From an uncultured Anaerolineales bacterium (GTDB lineage: Bacteria; Chloroflexota; Anaerolineae; Anaerolineales; UBA11858), in assembly GCA_964406305.1 (NCBI GenBank), contig CAYORF010000004.1, positions 2,237 to 66,236 on the forward strand: DNA of 64,000 nt. The letters are read 5' to 3'. The translations under genes were made by a program, and so were the position numbers. Position 1 is the first letter of the stretch; each line of letters starts with the position of its first letter. Below, one piece after another: positions 28,997 through 39,427 of the stretch. The notes under the pieces were generated by a model. That model had not been told where the DNA came from. It did not search any database and worked only from the letters and a program-made list of their open reading frames with translations.

Positions 28997-29694
28997 CGGT
29001 CTCTCATCCGGTAGCCAATACCATGAACTGTTTGGATGAAGGATCCCTGATCAGTATTTTCATCAATCTTCCGACGTAAGTTTTTGATATGGGAATCCAA
29101 TGTTCGACCAGCACTTGCCGAACCGTACCCCAATGCTTTTTCTGCCAGTTCGTCACGGGTAATCACAAATCCAGGGTTTTCCATTAATACTTTTAATAAT
29201 TCGAACTCTGAAGGAGTTAGATTGATCATCTCCTTATTACGAGAAAGTTCCCTCTTACCGATATCTAAGACCAGCTGCCCAACCTGCAAACGCTGCGGTA
29301 CCTGGGATTCCTGCTGAAGCTGTGTGCGCCGCAGCAAAGCCCGGACCCGGGCGACTACTTCACGAGGATTAAAGGGTTTGGTGATGTAATCATCGGCGCC
29401 GATTTCCAATCCCACGATCTTGTCATTATCTTCCACCCTGGCAGTAAGCATGATTATTGGAGTGGCTGCTATATTAGAATCTGACCTTACCATGCGAGCC
29501 ACATCCCAACCATCGCGATCCGGAAGCATTAAATCCAAGATCAAGAGTTGAGGTTTTTCTGACCGCAATACTCTCAGCGCTGACTCGCCATCATACGCCG
29601 TCAGGACTTGATATCCCGCTTTTTCCAGGTAAGAACGCACCAGGCGGACTATATCCCTATCATCATCTACAACAAGAATTCTATCCATGGTCAT
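28993..29694 (-). CDS. OmpR-family response regulator
   Basis: LVVDDD, LDLMLP, GADDYITKPF, winged helix with VHGIGY. Confidence 0.92.
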   Translation of the reverse strand: MTMDRILVVDDDRDIVRLVRSYLEKAGYQVLTAYDGESALRVLRSEKPQLLILDLMLPDRDGWDVARMVRSDSNIAATPIIMLTARVEDNDKIVGLEIGADDYITKPFNPREVVARVRALLRRTQLQQESQVPQRLQVGQLVLDIGKRELSRNKEMINLTPSEFELLKVLMENPGFVITRDELAEKALGYGSASAGRTLDSHIKNLRRKIDENTDQGSFIQTVHGIGYRMRDR

Positions 29695-29738
29695 AAATCA
29701 TCAGGCTGATTGTGTTTCTAAAAGATAAGCCACAGTCA

Positions 29739-30965
29739 TTATTCGCTCCGCAGGGCTTCAATGGGTTCCAGCTGGGATGCTCTGTTAGCTGGGTAAATCC
29801 CAAAGAACAGACCAACAGCTGCAGAGAATAGGGTTGCAAGGAGGACAGAGTTAAGGGTAATGGCGGGGTTCAAAAGGAAGTCACTGGCTGCGGCGATCCT
29901 ACCGATCCCCAGGGATAATAACCACCCCAGGATAATACCTATAATGCCGCCTATCACACTTAATAAGGAAGATTCGATCAGGAATTGAGTCAGGATATCC
30001 TTTTTCTTGGCACCCACGGCTTTTCTCAAGCCAATTTCCTTGGTCCTTTCAGTGACCGATACCAGCATGATGTTCATAATTCCAATGCCACCAACAAGCA
30101 AACTGATCCCAGCAACGCCCCCTAGGAAGATCGTAAACACACCTGTAATCGTTGAGGCAAAATCAAGGAAAAGTTCCTGAGTAAGGATCGAGAAATCATT
30201 CTCGCCTAAATTGATATTATGTCGGTCACGCAAAATGTTCGTCACTTCTTCTTCGGCCATTTTCACAGAATCGGCATCAATCGCTGAAACATAGATCGTA
30301 TCAACCTGGTTTTTTACACTCCGTGACATTAACCTTGTTTGAGCCGTTGTCAAGGGAATCAAAATTTGATCGTCCGGGCTGGGGCCAAATCCTGAACCGC
30401 CCTCTTTTTTCAGAATACCCACCACGCGGAAGGGCTGTCCGGCAACTCTGACCGTCTCTCCTATTAACCCGTCAGACCTCCCAAACAGATCTTCAGCCAC
30501 GTTCGTTCCCAAGATTGCAGCCGAAGCCAATCCAGAGATTTGAGAAGAAGAAAAGAATTCTCCTTCAGAAAGTTCAACTGTCTGAACATTGCTGTACCCT
30601 TCGTTCACACCGACAAATATAGCGTTAATCACATTGCCAGCATTGGTCAATTCTGCCTGGCCCTGTATCACTGGAGCTGACGCTGCGACCGATGGTGCAA
30701 AAATCGGATCTGCGATCGCTTCTGCATCCCGAATGGTCAGCGGTTCTGGGTTAGTGACGTCATCATAATTGGTCCTCACAAAAAGAAGGTTGGTGCCAAT
30801 ACCTTCGATTTCTCCCACAATGGCCTGTTCTGTTCCATTGCCTATTGCTAGCATGGCGATCACTGCGCCGACACCAATAATGATGCCCAGCATAGTTAAA
30901 GCTGTACGGACTTTATTTGAGGTGAGGCTCTCGAGAGCCTCCAACATGGAAGATCCTATATTCAT
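29739..30965 (-). CDS. MacB/FtsX-family ABC permease
   Basis: RTALTMLGIIIGV, GGIGIMNIML, ERTKEIGLRKAVGA, PIEALR. Start refined to the ATG at 30965. Confidence 0.92.
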   Translation of the reverse strand: MNIGSSMLEALESLTSNKVRTALTMLGIIIGVGAVIAMLAIGNGTEQAIVGEIEGIGTNLLFVRTNYDDVTNPEPLTIRDAEAIADPIFAPSVAASAPVIQGQAELTNAGNVINAIFVGVNEGYSNVQTVELSEGEFFSSSQISGLASAAILGTNVAEDLFGRSDGLIGETVRVAGQPFRVVGILKKEGGSGFGPSPDDQILIPLTTAQTRLMSRSVKNQVDTIYVSAIDADSVKMAEEEVTNILRDRHNINLGENDFSILTQELFLDFASTITGVFTIFLGGVAGISLLVGGIGIMNIMLVSVTERTKEIGLRKAVGAKKKDILTQFLIESSLLSVIGGIIGIILGWLLSLGIGRIAAASDFLLNPAITLNSVLLATLFSAAVGLFFGIYPANRASQLEPIEALRSE

Positions 30966-30970
30966 ATCAA

Positions 30971-31648
30971 TTACTCCGCTATACAACCATCCCGGATAGA
31001 TATTATCCGGTCAGTCAGTTCAGCTATCTCAGGATCGTGGGTGACGATGATCAAAGTGGTTCCCCGATCTTTATTTAAATTCTTTAACAAGGTCATGATC
31101 TCTTCCCCGGAAGTTGAGTCCAGGTTCCCCGTGGGCTCGTCTGCCATGATGATCGCCGGGTTATTTACCAATGCCCGCGCTATTGCCACTCGCTGCATCT
31201 GTCCACCAGACAACTCATTGGGGCGGTGATGAACTCGATCTCCCAAGCCTACAGCCTCTAAAGCTTCCCGGGCAACCTGTTTTCGATTGCGTCCATTCAA
31301 TACTGCGTAGCGCATGGGCAGCTCAACATTAGCTAGAGCTGTTGCTCTTGGCAGCAAATTAAAACTCTGGAAGACAAAACCAACCCCACGGTTGCGAATC
31401 TCTGCCAATTGATCATCATTTAACGTTGCCACGCTCTCTCCGTTCAGGTGGTAGTCACCTGATGTCGGTCGATCCAGGCATCCCAGAATATTCATCAGGG
31501 TGGATTTTCCTGAACCAGAGGGGCCCATGATGGATAATATTTCTCCCCGGGCTATATTAACTGAAAGGCCTCTTAAAGCATGCACTTCAATCTCGCCCAT
31601 CTGGTATACCTTTGTGATATCTTTTGCTTCAACTACCCATTCTGTCAT
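30971..31648 (-). CDS. ABC ATP-binding protein (MacB/LolD type)
   Basis: GPSGSGKS, LSGGQMQR, ADEPTGNLD. Start refined to the ATG at 31648. Confidence 0.93.
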   Translation of the reverse strand: MTEWVVEAKDITKVYQMGEIEVHALRGLSVNIARGEILSIMGPSGSGKSTLMNILGCLDRPTSGDYHLNGESVATLNDDQLAEIRNRGVGFVFQSFNLLPRATALANVELPMRYAVLNGRNRKQVAREALEAVGLGDRVHHRPNELSGGQMQRVAIARALVNNPAIIMADEPTGNLDSTSGEEIMTLLKNLNKDRGTTLIIVTHDPEIAELTDRIISIRDGCIAE

Positions 31649-31675
31649 GAATAACTCCAATAAACTTTTCCAATT

Positions 31676-33109
31676 CTATCTAAATGCTGAAGGAGGTCCC
31701 CCGCCTGGATCCATTTCGTCGAATATACTCACACTGGGCGGATTGAGGACCAAATAATCCCCTTCCTTGATTTCACCTTCCAGCAGCTCCGCAAACTCGT
31801 CAGACGACGCACCCAGGACAACTGGAACTCTTTCTAGATTCTCCATATTGGCTTGTTCTCCTGTTATCGAAACGTACACAACTTGCTCTCCATTCACCCA
31901 GCGCACAGCGCGGGTGGGAATGATCAGGACGTCCTCTACCTGGCGTACAACTATCTGCACCCCCGCAGTTAAACCCGGACGGACTTCTTCATCAGCGTCC
32001 ACTAGTTTGATAGTTACCTCAAAGGACACCAACCCCTGCTGCAGGTTACCAACGGGCGAGACGTCAACAACTTCTCCCGTGTATTCATTGCCCAGGATAG
32101 CATCAAAAGACAAAGTGACTGGTTGACCAACATTGATCTGGATGATATCCACTTCAGAAATGGCGACATCTACCAACAGGGTGTCCAAATTATCAATCCG
32201 GAAAGCAAGGCTGTTAGGAGCAATCAGATCTCCAGGAAGCATTTCTAACACTGTTATCACACCATCAAACGGGGATGTGATAAAGGCAGCGTCCAGGGAT
32301 GCCTGGGCTGCCGAAATGCGGGCTTCCGCCATCGTGATATCATCCGGGTCCGGGCCATCTTTAACTCTAGCGTACTGCCGTTCCGCAGTACCTAGCTGTC
32401 CAATTGCAACAGCAACTTTGGCGTCCAGGATCCCCATCTCAATTTCATCAGCACCTACTTGAAGCCAGTTAACATACCATCGAGCAGTCTGGTATTGATT
32501 TATTGCATCTGTAAGGTTAATCTGGGCATACGCTTTATTAACCTTTCCTTGAGCGTTATTGTATCTTTTCTGTTTATTTTCTAATTGTTTCTCAGCAATT
32601 ACTAGTTTTGCTTTAGCGGATTTTAATTCTTCAGGGCTATAGCGGTTCCCCGGCTGATTCAACAACCAGCGGTATTCAGCATCATCCACTGCATCCCTGA
32701 CATTAGCAAGTACTAATTGGGCGTTGGCTGATACTTCCGCCGCATTTTCGTAAAGATCCTCCAGGGCTCTGGTTGCTGTAACCAACTCTTGCTGGGACAT
32801 ATAATAATTCTGTGGGAGGGATTCTTCAGTTAACTCGGCCAGAACCTGATCCGCCTTCACTTTATCCCCCAGTCTGACCATTACTTCAGACACTATTCCT
32901 GCCGTTTCCCAGTAGAGTAATGCACTCTGGTCAGCACGTACTTCGCCAGTTTCATCAACCACCGCGCTGAGTTCTCCATAATTCACCTGGAAAGTTTGTA
33001 AGTCGCTACTACTGGCCTGGCTCTTTTGCCTGGCGCTGACAACACCATATGTCGCTCCTGCCAAGATCAATGCGCCAACAATAATTAATATAATGGTTCT
33101 CTTTTTCAT
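31676..33109 (-). CDS. Efflux periplasmic adaptor subunit (HlyD/MacA type)
   Basis: N-terminal TM, lipoyl-like halves (GIVSEV, SPFDGVIT) and a long coiled coil. Confidence 0.88.
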   Translation of the reverse strand: MKKRTIILIIVGALILAGATYGVVSARQKSQASSSDLQTFQVNYGELSAVVDETGEVRADQSALLYWETAGIVSEVMVRLGDKVKADQVLAELTEESLPQNYYMSQQELVTATRALEDLYENAAEVSANAQLVLANVRDAVDDAEYRWLLNQPGNRYSPEELKSAKAKLVIAEKQLENKQKRYNNAQGKVNKAYAQINLTDAINQYQTARWYVNWLQVGADEIEMGILDAKVAVAIGQLGTAERQYARVKDGPDPDDITMAEARISAAQASLDAAFITSPFDGVITVLEMLPGDLIAPNSLAFRIDNLDTLLVDVAISEVDIIQINVGQPVTLSFDAILGNEYTGEVVDVSPVGNLQQGLVSFEVTIKLVDADEEVRPGLTAGVQIVVRQVEDVLIIPTRAVRWVNGEQVVYVSITGEQANMENLERVPVVLGASSDEFAELLEGEIKEGDYLVLNPPSVSIFDEMDPGGGPPSAFR

Positions 33110-33210
33110 TAGTATCTCCCTTCTTCAAACGCCACTGATTTCTTAATCCCAGGGCATACCCTGTAAGATATACGTACAATAATTAAATCCTTCATCATTT
33201 TAGCTTAAGA

Positions 33211-33229
33211 ATCTGGAGATTATCTGGAG
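33211..33229. promoter_or_regulatory. 11-bp-period direct repeat, candidate OmpR-family box
   Basis: ATCTGGAG at 33211-33218 and 33222-33229, upstream of the adaptor-ABC-two-component operon. Confidence 0.45.
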
Positions 33230-33321
33230 GCGGTGTGTGAATTATGGGGAAATCTCCTTGAGGAAGTTAGAAAACAACAATTCTGTAAAGTAAACTACCT
33301 GATATTTTGCAGCATGATAAC

Positions 33322-33352
33322 AAAAAAGCCCCTGCTGAGCAGGAGCTTTTTT
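33322..33352 (-). terminator. Intrinsic terminator after the flavoprotein oxidoreductase
   Basis: AAAAAAGC-C-CCTGC/GCAGG-A-GCTTTTTT hairpin with flanking A/T runs. Confidence 0.7.
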
Positions 33353-33371
33353 TGGTTATTGAAGGATAAGC

Positions 33372-34727
33372 TTACCCTTTTCTGCGCATTGTTTTCAATG
33401 CCATTTCTGCCGCCTTGATCAATGGATAAGCAGTTGGCGGAGCAGTTAGCAAGGGATGTGTTCCTATTTGCATGGTAAGCAGGGAAGACACTGTCATATG
33501 GTTCTGAATCGCCAGGCCAATCACATTCACGATCTCACCAGCAGAATGAGAACCAAAGACAGATCCACCCAAGATCAGGCCGGAATCTTTGGCAACCACC
33601 AGCTTGACAATCTGTTTATGAGTACCAGGCAGCTTGCCTGGGTGATGATCCACACCTTCAAAGCTGGCTGTGATAATATCAAAACCTTCTGCCCGGGCAG
33701 TATCTTCTGTGATTCCGGCTACTCCAAAACTGTGGTCTCCCAGAGCTGTAGCGAAAATGGAAATCGTACCTAAAAAGGTTCTGATGGTTTCTAATCCAAA
33801 CAGGTTCATCCCTGTAACCCTAGCTTCAGCGCAAGCAGTGGATGCCAGCATGGCACCAATGGGTCGATTGGTAATGAAGTCTCGTTTCTCAGAGCAATCC
33901 CCAACAGCAAAAATGTCAGGGGTGCTTGTCCGTAAATACTGGTCAACCTTGATAAAACCTAATTCGTTGGTTTCAATTCCAGCATTTACCGCCAGATCAA
34001 CGTTAGGCCGGTATCCCATGGAGAGGATGACGGCATCGGCTTCCAGCTCTTTTCCGTCCTGAAGCTTGACTGATTTAACAGCTCCGTTACCGCATAATTC
34101 CTTAACACCAGAACCAGACTCAACTTTAACGCCGCGTTCAATCAGGATCTCTTCTGCCTTGGAAGCCATCTCTTCATCAAATACTGCGCCAAGAATGTGG
34201 GGCAAGATCTCGACAACGGTAACTCCCTTGCCTTGTTTGTTCAGTTCGTCGGAAATTTCCACACCAATGAAACCGCCGCCGATCACAACAACTTTCTTTT
34301 TGTCTTGTAGATTCTCTGTTAGGCCGTCCAGATATTCCTTGTCTTTTGGAATGACATAAACGTTCTCAAGGTCCTTTCCTTTCAGCCAACCGGGTTTAAC
34401 CGGGCTTGAGCCAATGGCGAGCACAAGCTTATCGTAGGAAACCTTCTCTCCATCTGCTAATAAGGCAGTTTTTGCTTCAGTATCAATTTCCACAACTTCG
34501 CCTACAACCAGATCAACTCCTGCTTTTTCCAGGCCGGCATCGGAAATTACGTTCTGAGCACTGCTCTCGAGTGAGCCAAAAATGTAGGGGATCCCACAGG
34601 GGACAACTACAGCTTTTTCTTTCCGGATCACTAGAAAATCTTTCTCAGGGTAATAACCTTTGCCTGTAAGCGCAGCAACAAGACCAGCCGCGCTTCCCCC
34701 TATTACTAATACATCTGTTTTTTTCAT
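33372..34727 (-). CDS. NADH oxidase / CoA-disulfide reductase family flavoprotein
   Basis: GGSAAG, PCGIPY redox Cys, GGGFIGVE, FAVGDC, HPLLT. Start refined to the ATG at 34727 (AAGGAG RBS). Confidence 0.88.
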   Translation of the reverse strand: MKKTDVLVIGGSAAGLVAALTGKGYYPEKDFLVIRKEKAVVVPCGIPYIFGSLESSAQNVISDAGLEKAGVDLVVGEVVEIDTEAKTALLADGEKVSYDKLVLAIGSSPVKPGWLKGKDLENVYVIPKDKEYLDGLTENLQDKKKVVVIGGGFIGVEISDELNKQGKGVTVVEILPHILGAVFDEEMASKAEEILIERGVKVESGSGVKELCGNGAVKSVKLQDGKELEADAVILSMGYRPNVDLAVNAGIETNELGFIKVDQYLRTSTPDIFAVGDCSEKRDFITNRPIGAMLASTACAEARVTGMNLFGLETIRTFLGTISIFATALGDHSFGVAGITEDTARAEGFDIITASFEGVDHHPGKLPGTHKQIVKLVVAKDSGLILGGSVFGSHSAGEIVNVIGLAIQNHMTVSSLLTMQIGTHPLLTAPPTAYPLIKAAEMALKTMRRKG

Positions 34728-34798
34728 ACAAATCTCCTTAAAGTTCAACTTACAATGGTAAAAGTTTGCCTACTTGGAGGGAAGAGTTCCCACCAAGT

Positions 34799-34816
34799 TC
34801 GTGCATATTTTCACAC
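34799..34816. promoter_or_regulatory. Rex-like box (3 mismatches)
   Basis: TCGTGCA-TATT-TTCACAC versus consensus TTGTGAA-N4-TTCACAA; lies just downstream of a minus-strand TTGACA (34835-34830). Confidence 0.4.
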
Positions 34817-34995
34817 ACTTAATATTGTTTGTCAACTTTATGTTACAACAAGCTTGTTTCGCCTTTTCTTGATCATGGATAATACTTAGCGGAGACCAGG
34901 GTTGTTTTTATGCTTTTGAGTATTCTATTGAAGAGCTTAGGGCAGCCGTTTATTTACTTGTCTGGATCCAATTGGTATAATGCCATCTTAGTTGA

Positions 34996-35083
34996 GGAGG
35001 GGTGCCAGAGTGGCCGATTGGGGCGGTCTCGAAAATCGTTGTGGCCTTATGGGTCACCGTGGGTTCGAATCCCACCCCCTCCG
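34996..35083 (+). tRNA. tRNA-Ser(CGA)
   Basis: GGAGGGG/CCCCTCC acceptor stem, anticodon loop CT-CGA-AA, long variable arm, GGTTCGAATCC; CCA not encoded. Confidence 0.95.
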
Positions 35084-35111
35084 CTTCAACCCCCGTTGCT
35101 CTCTGAGGGAT

Positions 35112-35148
35112 AAAAAAACCTGACGGATCGAAATCGTCAGGTTTTTTC
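35112..35148. terminator. Bidirectional intrinsic terminator
   Basis: AAAAAACCTGACG...CGTCAGGTTTTTT. Confidence 0.85.
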
Positions 35149-35170
35149 TTTTGCAAGTGACCGGATAAAT

Positions 35171-36289
35171 TCAGGAAGGTTTAACGCCAGCACTTCTCAT
35201 CCGTAAGATAAATCCCATAGCCAAGAACCCTACACCTATCAAGAGAATAATAAAAGACTGCCAGGTGAGCGGGTTGAAAATTGGACCCATTACCCTGACG
35301 CTAGCATCAATTAATTCATGATACAACAAAGAGGTCTGGGGAATTCCTTCTGGTATACGTTCTGCCAGCCACCCCCGCCACAGTGGTCGATATAAGATTG
35401 CTGTGATCAGCGAGATCAATCCACCACCGATCAGGGGAATACCAAACCACTGACCCAAACCTTCCATTGACCGAACTCCAATAAACAGGATCAACAATAA
35501 TAAGCCCAGGGGTAAAAGTAGCACGGTATCAAGCTGCCAGCGAATGTTCCGGATATTCCATTTTAATGTGTATACTCCCCCTATCTGCTCCCGCTGCTTC
35601 AGCAATGCCTGAGTGGCATTATATTCAGGAGGCATTGCTTCAACCACCATTTTCAAGACATCGTTATAAACTCCGATCTGTTCTGTATGGGGGAAGGTGG
35701 ACAATTTACACAGCTCTTTGACCATCTGTCCCCGCGGCAGGGGTTCGCCAGGAATGGTTTGCATTTCTTCCATTTGCAGATCCGTACAATCTGGTAGCGA
35801 ATCGTAAAAAGCCACTACAGCTGCCTCGCCTTCCGGTCCAGACATTCTGTCTTTCAGTGGTTTCATTTTCCAACTAATGAAAGGCAGCTGGTCATCCGTG
35901 TCCAACCAGTTATAAAAACCATTTACTGTGACCTCAATCCAGGACTGTATCAAATCGTCTGCCAGGAGAGCTGTTTTTAAGTTTTTCCAGTTCTGTTCTT
36001 CCATCGAGTAGATCAAATTATAAAGGTTAAGTTGTCTCCCACCAGGAGTTTCTGTATCTTCAATTTTGGTAGAGATATCCTCCGCCTGTCGGTTGGTCAT
36101 GATCTCCAGGGCTGCTGGAATAAGTTCTGAATCCAATACCACCCCGGTTGTTATCTCGTTTACTTGCTCCTGGTTAAAGAGCACATTGCCAACATTGCTG
36201 GCCATCAGCGCTAACGGAAGCACGATCATTAGCGCGCCAGCCAGGATAAAAGCGATGAATTTTAATATGGCACTAAAAAGAGTTTTCAT
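35171..36289 (-). CDS. Hypothetical membrane protein
   Basis: N-terminal TM, large soluble domain, three C-terminal hydrophobic segments. Confidence 0.75.
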   Translation of the reverse strand: MKTLFSAILKFIAFILAGALMIVLPLALMASNVGNVLFNQEQVNEITTGVVLDSELIPAALEIMTNRQAEDISTKIEDTETPGGRQLNLYNLIYSMEEQNWKNLKTALLADDLIQSWIEVTVNGFYNWLDTDDQLPFISWKMKPLKDRMSGPEGEAAVVAFYDSLPDCTDLQMEEMQTIPGEPLPRGQMVKELCKLSTFPHTEQIGVYNDVLKMVVEAMPPEYNATQALLKQREQIGGVYTLKWNIRNIRWQLDTVLLLPLGLLLLILFIGVRSMEGLGQWFGIPLIGGGLISLITAILYRPLWRGWLAERIPEGIPQTSLLYHELIDASVRVMGPIFNPLTWQSFIILLIGVGFLAMGFILRMRSAGVKPS

Positions 36290-36969
36290 CAGTTATCCCT
36301 CATGAGGTCATCCCAGGGAAATTCCAGTAACGATGCCAGGACAAGGTCTGGCTCCCCACCATCATTATCAAACGGAAGCTGGATGGTGAGTTGATTGGGC
36401 ACTGCTATACAAAACAATTCTGCTCTTTTGGCCGCCAGTACACCATTGGGAGAATCTTCCAAAACAAGCACTTTCTCTCGCGCAAGTCCCGTCTTCTTCA
36501 GGCCTAAATTATAAAGAGCCGGGTTGGGTTTTGCTATCTCAACTTCATCTGCACAACTTGTATGATCAAAATACTCCATAAACCCGAGTCGCTTAAGATG
36601 AGAGTGGACCCAGTCCTGATCAGAGCTGGAGACAATTCCCAACATAAGCCCAAGTTCCTTGGCTTTGTTTATCAGATCTTCCACTCCAGGCAGTGGCCTC
36701 TTCTGATGGACTAATTTTAATTCTTCTTGTTTGACTTCTTGAAGGATCTCTTTCCTTTTACTCTCTTCTGGGAACTCATTTAGAAACACCTCGATCGGAC
36801 CTAGATGGTCTGTGGATTTCCCAAGGATCTCCGCCCAATCCATCAGAAGCAGTTCCTGGCCATATTCCTTGAACTTTTCTTTCCATGCCTGAAAGATTGG
36901 GGTCTCTGTATCCAGGATCAAGCCATCAAAATCAAATAAGATTCCTTGCAGTGGTGTTTGTAACATCAT
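36289..36969 (-). CDS. HAD-IA phosphatase
   Basis: FDFDGLILDTE, VSSS, KPNPALY, LEDSPNG. Confidence 0.9.
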   Translation of the reverse strand: MMLQTPLQGILFDFDGLILDTETPIFQAWKEKFKEYGQELLLMDWAEILGKSTDHLGPIEVFLNEFPEESKRKEILQEVKQEELKLVHQKRPLPGVEDLINKAKELGLMLGIVSSSDQDWVHSHLKRLGFMEYFDHTSCADEVEIAKPNPALYNLGLKKTGLAREKVLVLEDSPNGVLAAKRAELFCIAVPNQLTIQLPFDNDGGEPDLVLASLLEFPWDDLMRDN

Positions 36970-37059
36970 AATCGTGATTATACAGGATATCCCGAGTTCG
37001 CTAACCTTACAGTAGTATAATTAAGCAGTTCTTCGAATTTTTATTACTGGATCAACAAC

Positions 37060-37338
37060 ATGGTGAAACAACTCCAGCTGATCATCCGTTTATTGAAGGA
37101 TAAAAGGGTTCATCCCCTGATCAAAGTGCTGCCCTTTTTATCCTTGTTATATCTGGTCTATCCCGATTTTGTGCCCGGTCCTTTTGACGACGCAGTCGTC
37201 ATCGGGTTATTTATGCAGTTCTTTGTTAGCCTTGTTCCCGACGAACTTATTGATGAACACCGACATGAGCAGGAGGTCGAGGAACTCAACTCTGACGGAG
37301 AAGACTCTGTCATCGAAGGAGAGTTCTGGGAAGAATAA
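37060..37338 (+). CDS. DUF1232/YkvA-like small membrane protein
   Basis: LLYLVYPDFVPGPFDDAVV followed by an acidic tail. Confidence 0.7.
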   Translation: MVKQLQLIIRLLKDKRVHPLIKVLPFLSLLYLVYPDFVPGPFDDAVVIGLFMQFFVSLVPDELIDEHRHEQEVEELNSDGEDSVIEGEFWEE

Positions 37339-37348
37339 ACACCTGCTT

Positions 37349-37388
37349 AAAAAAAGAAACTCCCCAACCGGGGAGTTTTTTGTTTTGC
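37349..37388. terminator. Bidirectional intrinsic terminator
   Basis: AAACTCCCC-AACC-GGGGAGTTT with A/T runs on both sides, between convergent genes. Confidence 0.85.
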
Positions 37389-37396
37389 AGTTAAGG

Positions 37397-37756
37397 TTAG
37401 AAATAATCCTCTTCGTCATCCCCGTCGTCAAATTTAATCTCAAATTCAACATCTTCACGGGCTTGCCTGACCCACAATTGGATCATATCCCCATCCTCTG
37501 TTTCTTCCGGGCGGGCAGCAATGATGGTGATTTCGTCGATGAGTCCTGTCTCTGTGCGATATTCCAGCACAATAGATTCGTTCTTTTGCCAAGCATTAGT
37601 GCAGCGATCTACAAGTGAATAGCCGTCAAAGGCCCTCAGCTCCGTATAATAAGTATCATACTGGCTTGGGCTTTCAGCTACTCCCTGGATCCACAATCCA
37701 TTAACTTCGCGAAATTCAGGTGTTGGTCCTTCTATAATAGTAATTTTTTCTGCCAT
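37397..37756 (-). CDS. Hypothetical protein, acidic C-terminus
   Basis: GGAG RBS and ATG; protein-like composition (KITIIEGPTPEF...); no family recognised. Confidence 0.75.
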   Translation of the reverse strand: MAEKITIIEGPTPEFREVNGLWIQGVAESPSQYDTYYTELRAFDGYSLVDRCTNAWQKNESIVLEYRTETGLIDEITIIAARPEETEDGDMIQLWVRQAREDVEFEIKFDDGDDEEDYF

Positions 37757-37981
37757 GCAGCTCCTGGATCACACCGATCCGTGCCTCCACTTAGGGCTAT
37801 CTTACCATAATTTTCTGTCCGGTAAACCACCAACCTTCTTACGAATTTTTCAGTCCAAATATCGGCAAAGAAATGCCTTTTCTGCTTCTGAAGTATAATA
37901 ATTTAGTCTGCCTTAAGTGTTCATCCTGTTTTCTCTCAACCGGGAAGGCCGGAACTTATTGATTTTTTCATAGATCATAAT

Positions 37982-39412
37982 ATGGCGCCCTTTCAGATTC
38001 TGACATTTTCTCCAAAAACCTCCTTTTTGAGGAAAATCCAAGACTTGCTATCTTCCAGTCCTGGTTTCCAACTAAAAAATATTCCCTCCCTCCCAGGAGA
38101 TATCCCGTCCGATATTGGGAAAGAAGACTGGATCGGTATAGTGGATCTGGACCACCAGTCCAAACCCCCGGATGTAATAGTTAATATCATTCAGGATCAT
38201 TATCCAGAAAATCAGTTCCTACTGCTATCAAAAGAACTCTCTCCTCTGCCTTCCTCTTCAACATCAGACTTATATCTGATCGATATTGATGCTCTTTCCA
38301 GTTCCCTGTTCCTTCCTTTCCTAACAGCATTAGCAGAAAAATCTGCTTTGATCAGCGCCAAACTGCAGGTTGAAACGGATCTCAACAAACGCTTGAGTGA
38401 GCTACTGCTAATCAGAAAAGCCAGCCTTCACTTAACAATGAATTTATCTCTTGATTCTGTGCTGGAATCTATTCTAGAGAGTGCCCTGGAATTAGTATCC
38501 GCGGATGACACCCACGTATTTTTGTATGAACATGGCATGTTGTCTTTTGCTGCAGCTCGATTTGATGGACACCAGCAGGGAAGGCCATTCATGAATCCCC
38601 GTTCTCATGGCATGACATACCAGGTCGCCAGAGAAGGTACAAAGATAGTTGCAGACAACACTATGACTAACCCAATATTCGAGGACCGCCGCTGGGAAGG
38701 ATCAATTATCGGTCTTCCTTTGAAAACAGGTAATACCGTACAGGGAGTGATGAACGTAGCTTTGAAGAGACCTCATGTTTTTACAGAAAACGAGATCCAA
38801 GCCCTGGAATTTTTAGCCGATCAGGCGTCGATAGCAATACAAAATGCCAAACTTTATGAGCAGGCCCAGCAAGAGATAACCGACCGCAAAAAGGCCGAAG
38901 AAGCAATCAAGCATATGGCCCACCATGATGCGCTGACCGGACTTCCCAATCGCCGCTTATTCAATGAAAGGATCTCCCTGGAAATCTCCCGCGCTCAAAG
39001 GAATAATCAAAAAATAGGCGTAATATTATTCGATTTGGACCATTTGAAAAAAGTAAATGATTCCTTTGGTCATTCTGTGGGAGATCTGCTTCTCCAGGCC
39101 GTAGCCCAGAGATTGTTGGGATTGCTTCGAAAAAGTGATACAGTGGCCCGAATGGGTGGAGATGAATTTTTATTGATACTTCCTGAGATGAAGCAGTCCA
39201 AAGATGCTGTTTTAACAGCCGAACGGATACTGAGCGCATTAAGTACTCCTTTCCTGCTAGAAGGTAATCAAATCAATATAACTACCAGCATTGGTATAGT
39301 ATTCTTCCCCGATGATGGGACAGAAGTTGATGACTTAATAAAAAAAGCAGATATAGCCATGTATAAAGCCAAGGAAAAAGGCGGCAATATCTACCACTTT
39401 TATACTGATTAA
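37982..39412 (+). CDS. GAF + GGDEF diguanylate cyclase
   Basis: GAF segment, HDALTGLPNR, DLDHLKKVND..GH..GD, intact RKSD I-site and GGDEF. Confidence 0.9.
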   Translation: MAPFQILTFSPKTSFLRKIQDLLSSSPGFQLKNIPSLPGDIPSDIGKEDWIGIVDLDHQSKPPDVIVNIIQDHYPENQFLLLSKELSPLPSSSTSDLYLIDIDALSSSLFLPFLTALAEKSALISAKLQVETDLNKRLSELLLIRKASLHLTMNLSLDSVLESILESALELVSADDTHVFLYEHGMLSFAAARFDGHQQGRPFMNPRSHGMTYQVAREGTKIVADNTMTNPIFEDRRWEGSIIGLPLKTGNTVQGVMNVALKRPHVFTENEIQALEFLADQASIAIQNAKLYEQAQQEITDRKKAEEAIKHMAHHDALTGLPNRRLFNERISLEISRAQRNNQKIGVILFDLDHLKKVNDSFGHSVGDLLLQAVAQRLLGLLRKSDTVARMGGDEFLLILPEMKQSKDAVLTAERILSALSTPFLLEGNQINITTSIGIVFFPDDGTEVDDLIKKADIAMYKAKEKGGNIYHFYTD

Positions 39413-39427
39413 AACAACTCTCACTCT

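Noticed and set aside
37757-37981. c-di-GMP riboswitch upstream of the diguanylate cyclase
   Set aside because: No recognisable GEMM motif elements.
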